Assembly: GCA_051362555.1 (NCBI GenBank)
Contig: CM120647.1
Location: 6,386,001 to 6,450,000, forward strand
From: Lingula anatina
Lineage: Eukaryota; Animalia; Brachiopoda
Direction: 5' to 3'
DNA: 64,000 bases
The position numbers and the translations under genes are program-made. The notes beneath the pieces were generated by a model that saw only the letters and a list, made by a program, of their open reading frames with translations, was not told where the DNA came from and did not search any database. Positions within the stretch are counted from its first letter, which is position 1. Each line of letters opens with the position of its first letter. This document shows positions 61,801 to 64,000 of this stretch, in pieces.

Positions 61801-63499
61801 AAACTCTATTCAAAAAGTTTATCTTGCTCAATGCAAATCCTTGCCAGAATGTCAGCAAAGGTCATTTCACTGGAAGTTATGACAAATGTAGTAAAACAGA
61901 AAATTTTGAATGGTACTCTACTTTAAAATTTCTTACTCTACTTAATTACATAAAAAACTAGTACTTACTTCATTTAAATTTAATAATAATCATTATAATA
62001 AATAAATAAATTTTATTCAAATTACCCAGTAGCTGCATCAACTGTTGCTGGCTCATCCCCCCCAGTATACTTTGTAGATCGCTGTCTCCCAGACCAGCCA
62101 GATCTGGGGGTAGACCAGACATCCCGCCACCCCCTCTGCTAGACCCTGGGGTTGGGGGGTTGTTCAAGTACTCATTCACCTTCTTGCAGTGGTCTTCATC
62201 CTTGTCCGTTTTGGGCTCCTGGAAAATGGCAGTTATTTAAAAAGATGTAAACGTCCAGTTGAAAAAGGTTTAATTTTATAAATTGATTATTTTACATAAA
62301 AAAGCTCAGTCTGTCAATTTGTGTCTCTTCTTTATGGATCTGTTCAATCCTGAAAAGATCTCACCTTCCTCAGGAACACACAATTTACGAGGTATGATCA
62401 AAAAGCTCTTGGCCTAATGTACTTTGATTCAATACATTGACAGACAATCCAAAGCAGTGGAAAATTTTATCTTTTTGAAGGTCATTGGTTGAGAGCATAC
62501 AATTTTCGTGACCTAAGAGCAACATCAGGTATGTTGAATGGTGTTCTAGTAACTTGAGCAAACATCTTAATGTTGTCTTTGTTACTTTACCACTTTTTTT
62601 ATCAAATGGATATGACCTGCATTTTTTCTATTCTTGGTATAAACTTCTAGTTAGGGCAATATTTTCATGGTAGGGTTTTGACTGTCGGACCGTATCATCT
62701 AGAAGAATTATCCTATTTCATATCTCTGAATTTTATTTGGATAATAGTACGGAGCATGCTTCCTTAAATAGGTCTTATCTTCCTTTTTTTTTTTAAATCT
62801 GAAATTCAAAAATCCAAATATGAACCATCTGTTATATTACCTGCATCCAGAAAATAAACTTTCTGGTAGAAGACTTGAACTTGAGGACATAAACTCTCCC
62901 CGTAGTACACTGCGGCACTAGTTTGAACTCGCAGTCATCCGGGAAGATAATCAGGTCCTGGAGAAATAAATAGAAAGATACAAGAACTGCGTATACATAT
63001 TATGGAGTTTTTCATGCTTTATGCTTAAACAAGATGGATAAGATCTCTTTAGTTTAGCATACGAAAATTGGAGATTTGACAAGAACTTGAAGAAGGCAAA
63101 GTATTTTTTTAGATTTCTTAAAAAGCGGTTTTGTTCCGTACTGTTTTCAAAAGTAAAGTTATTTTATAAAAAAGAAGTACACATCAGGTATTTTACATAT
63201 ATTATTTCATCAATAATACACAGCAATTGTTGAGAATAAAATTTAGGCAAATGCGAAGAACGATCATTAACTAAATACTGTCAAAACTGCCTACTCACGT
63301 CTTCCACCGCACCGCTGGTCCTGTCTTTCCAACAGAAGTGCATCAAGGAGTCGTCCGACTGATAAATATACACCATCCCCTTCCTTTTATCGGGGTGACA
63401 CATCTTGCTCTTCAAATACATCTTACCGGCCCTAAATTCGACCAAATTTTTGCTTTGACTGCGGCCACCGGCCGTGCTTCCGAAAAGTGCTGCTGCCAT
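58867..63499 (-). CDS. ADRM1: Proteasomal ubiquitin receptor ADRM1/Rpn13, 9 coding exons
   Basis: Exons on the minus strand: 63299-63499 ([38 protein letters not shown] domain), 62841-62957 ([25 protein letters not shown]), 62026-62218 ([22 protein letters not shown]), 61587-61671, 61041-61276 ([14 protein letters not shown]), 60860-60898, 59970-60130 (PQFQQ), 59322-59424 ([18 protein letters not shown]) and 58867-58961. Confidence 0.97.
60664..60837. mobile_element. Small MITE with 5-bp TSD (tgatg) in an ADRM1 intron
   Basis: tgatg|ctggggtagc ... gctaccccag|tgatg. Confidence 0.7.
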
Positions 63500-64000
63500 C
63501 TTGGAGAAGTTCCCGGATGATGATCGTGATGTTTAGTTTCGATACAGTGGTTTCGACTACATTTAAAAGTGTTTATATACCATTTTTATTTCAAAATTGT
63601 ATCAAAGTCTTGAAAAAAGACATTCTTCAATACATTTGCGTCATTGTTATTTAGACAAAAAGTATGTATATGATAAAGAAACCGACCGGTATTTCTTAGC
63701 GTCTCGATTTCAAATCCGCTCTCAGGAATGATGAGATTGTTTTTAAATCGATACCGAGGTTGTTTCGCGGGGAATAGTAAAGGTAAAGTCCAAAATTCAG
63801 GAAATGTTCAGTCGGGTTTGGGAAGACACTCTGCACTTTTATCGGAAAAATCCCAAAGAAACCCTTCTTACTGGGTTTGGGATTTTGTATCTGTCTTACT
63901 ATTTATTATATGCAGTAAAGGTAGGATATCATTTTGCTTTTTTTTACGGTAAATCAAGTGAAAATTAATTAATAGAACGCTGACTCCTAACATTCAGTCA

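Noticed and set aside
63530-64000. Possible first exon of a gene divergent from ADRM1 (donor-like aag|gtagga near 63920)
   Set aside because: No recognisable coding sequence inside the window.
1-64000. tRNA, rRNA, snoRNA genes and autonomous transposase or RT ORFs
   Set aside because: None recognised by eye; a covariance-model search (Infernal, tRNAscan-SE) would be needed to exclude intronic snoRNAs.

Overview
AT-rich, intron-rich animal genomic DNA. An invertebrate, plausibly lophotrochozoan, source is inferred from gene and repeat content only. Most short ORFs in the track are noise, so the genes below were rebuilt by reading splice sites. Gene order: 3' end of a miRNA-class Argonaute (+, last two exons, 2-6105); NMD3 (-, 15 coding exons, one GC-AG intron); two tandem BTB-C2H2 zinc-finger paralogs (+); an intronless 350-aa ORF (44195-45247) with the motif series of the bacterial Cj0069/DUF6815 ATP-grasp-like family, a strong horizontal-transfer candidate with signs of domestication; a spliced, divergent actinoporin-like gene (+); and ADRM1/Rpn13 (-, 9 exons). 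Non-coding DNA holds several MITE families (Kolobok/T2-like TTAA, Harbinger-like TWA, 5-bp-TSD elements), DINE-1/HINE-like rolling-circle elements (one carrying a 146-bp satellite) and minisatellites. Short 'echo' duplications of exon-intron junctions recur inside introns of three different genes.
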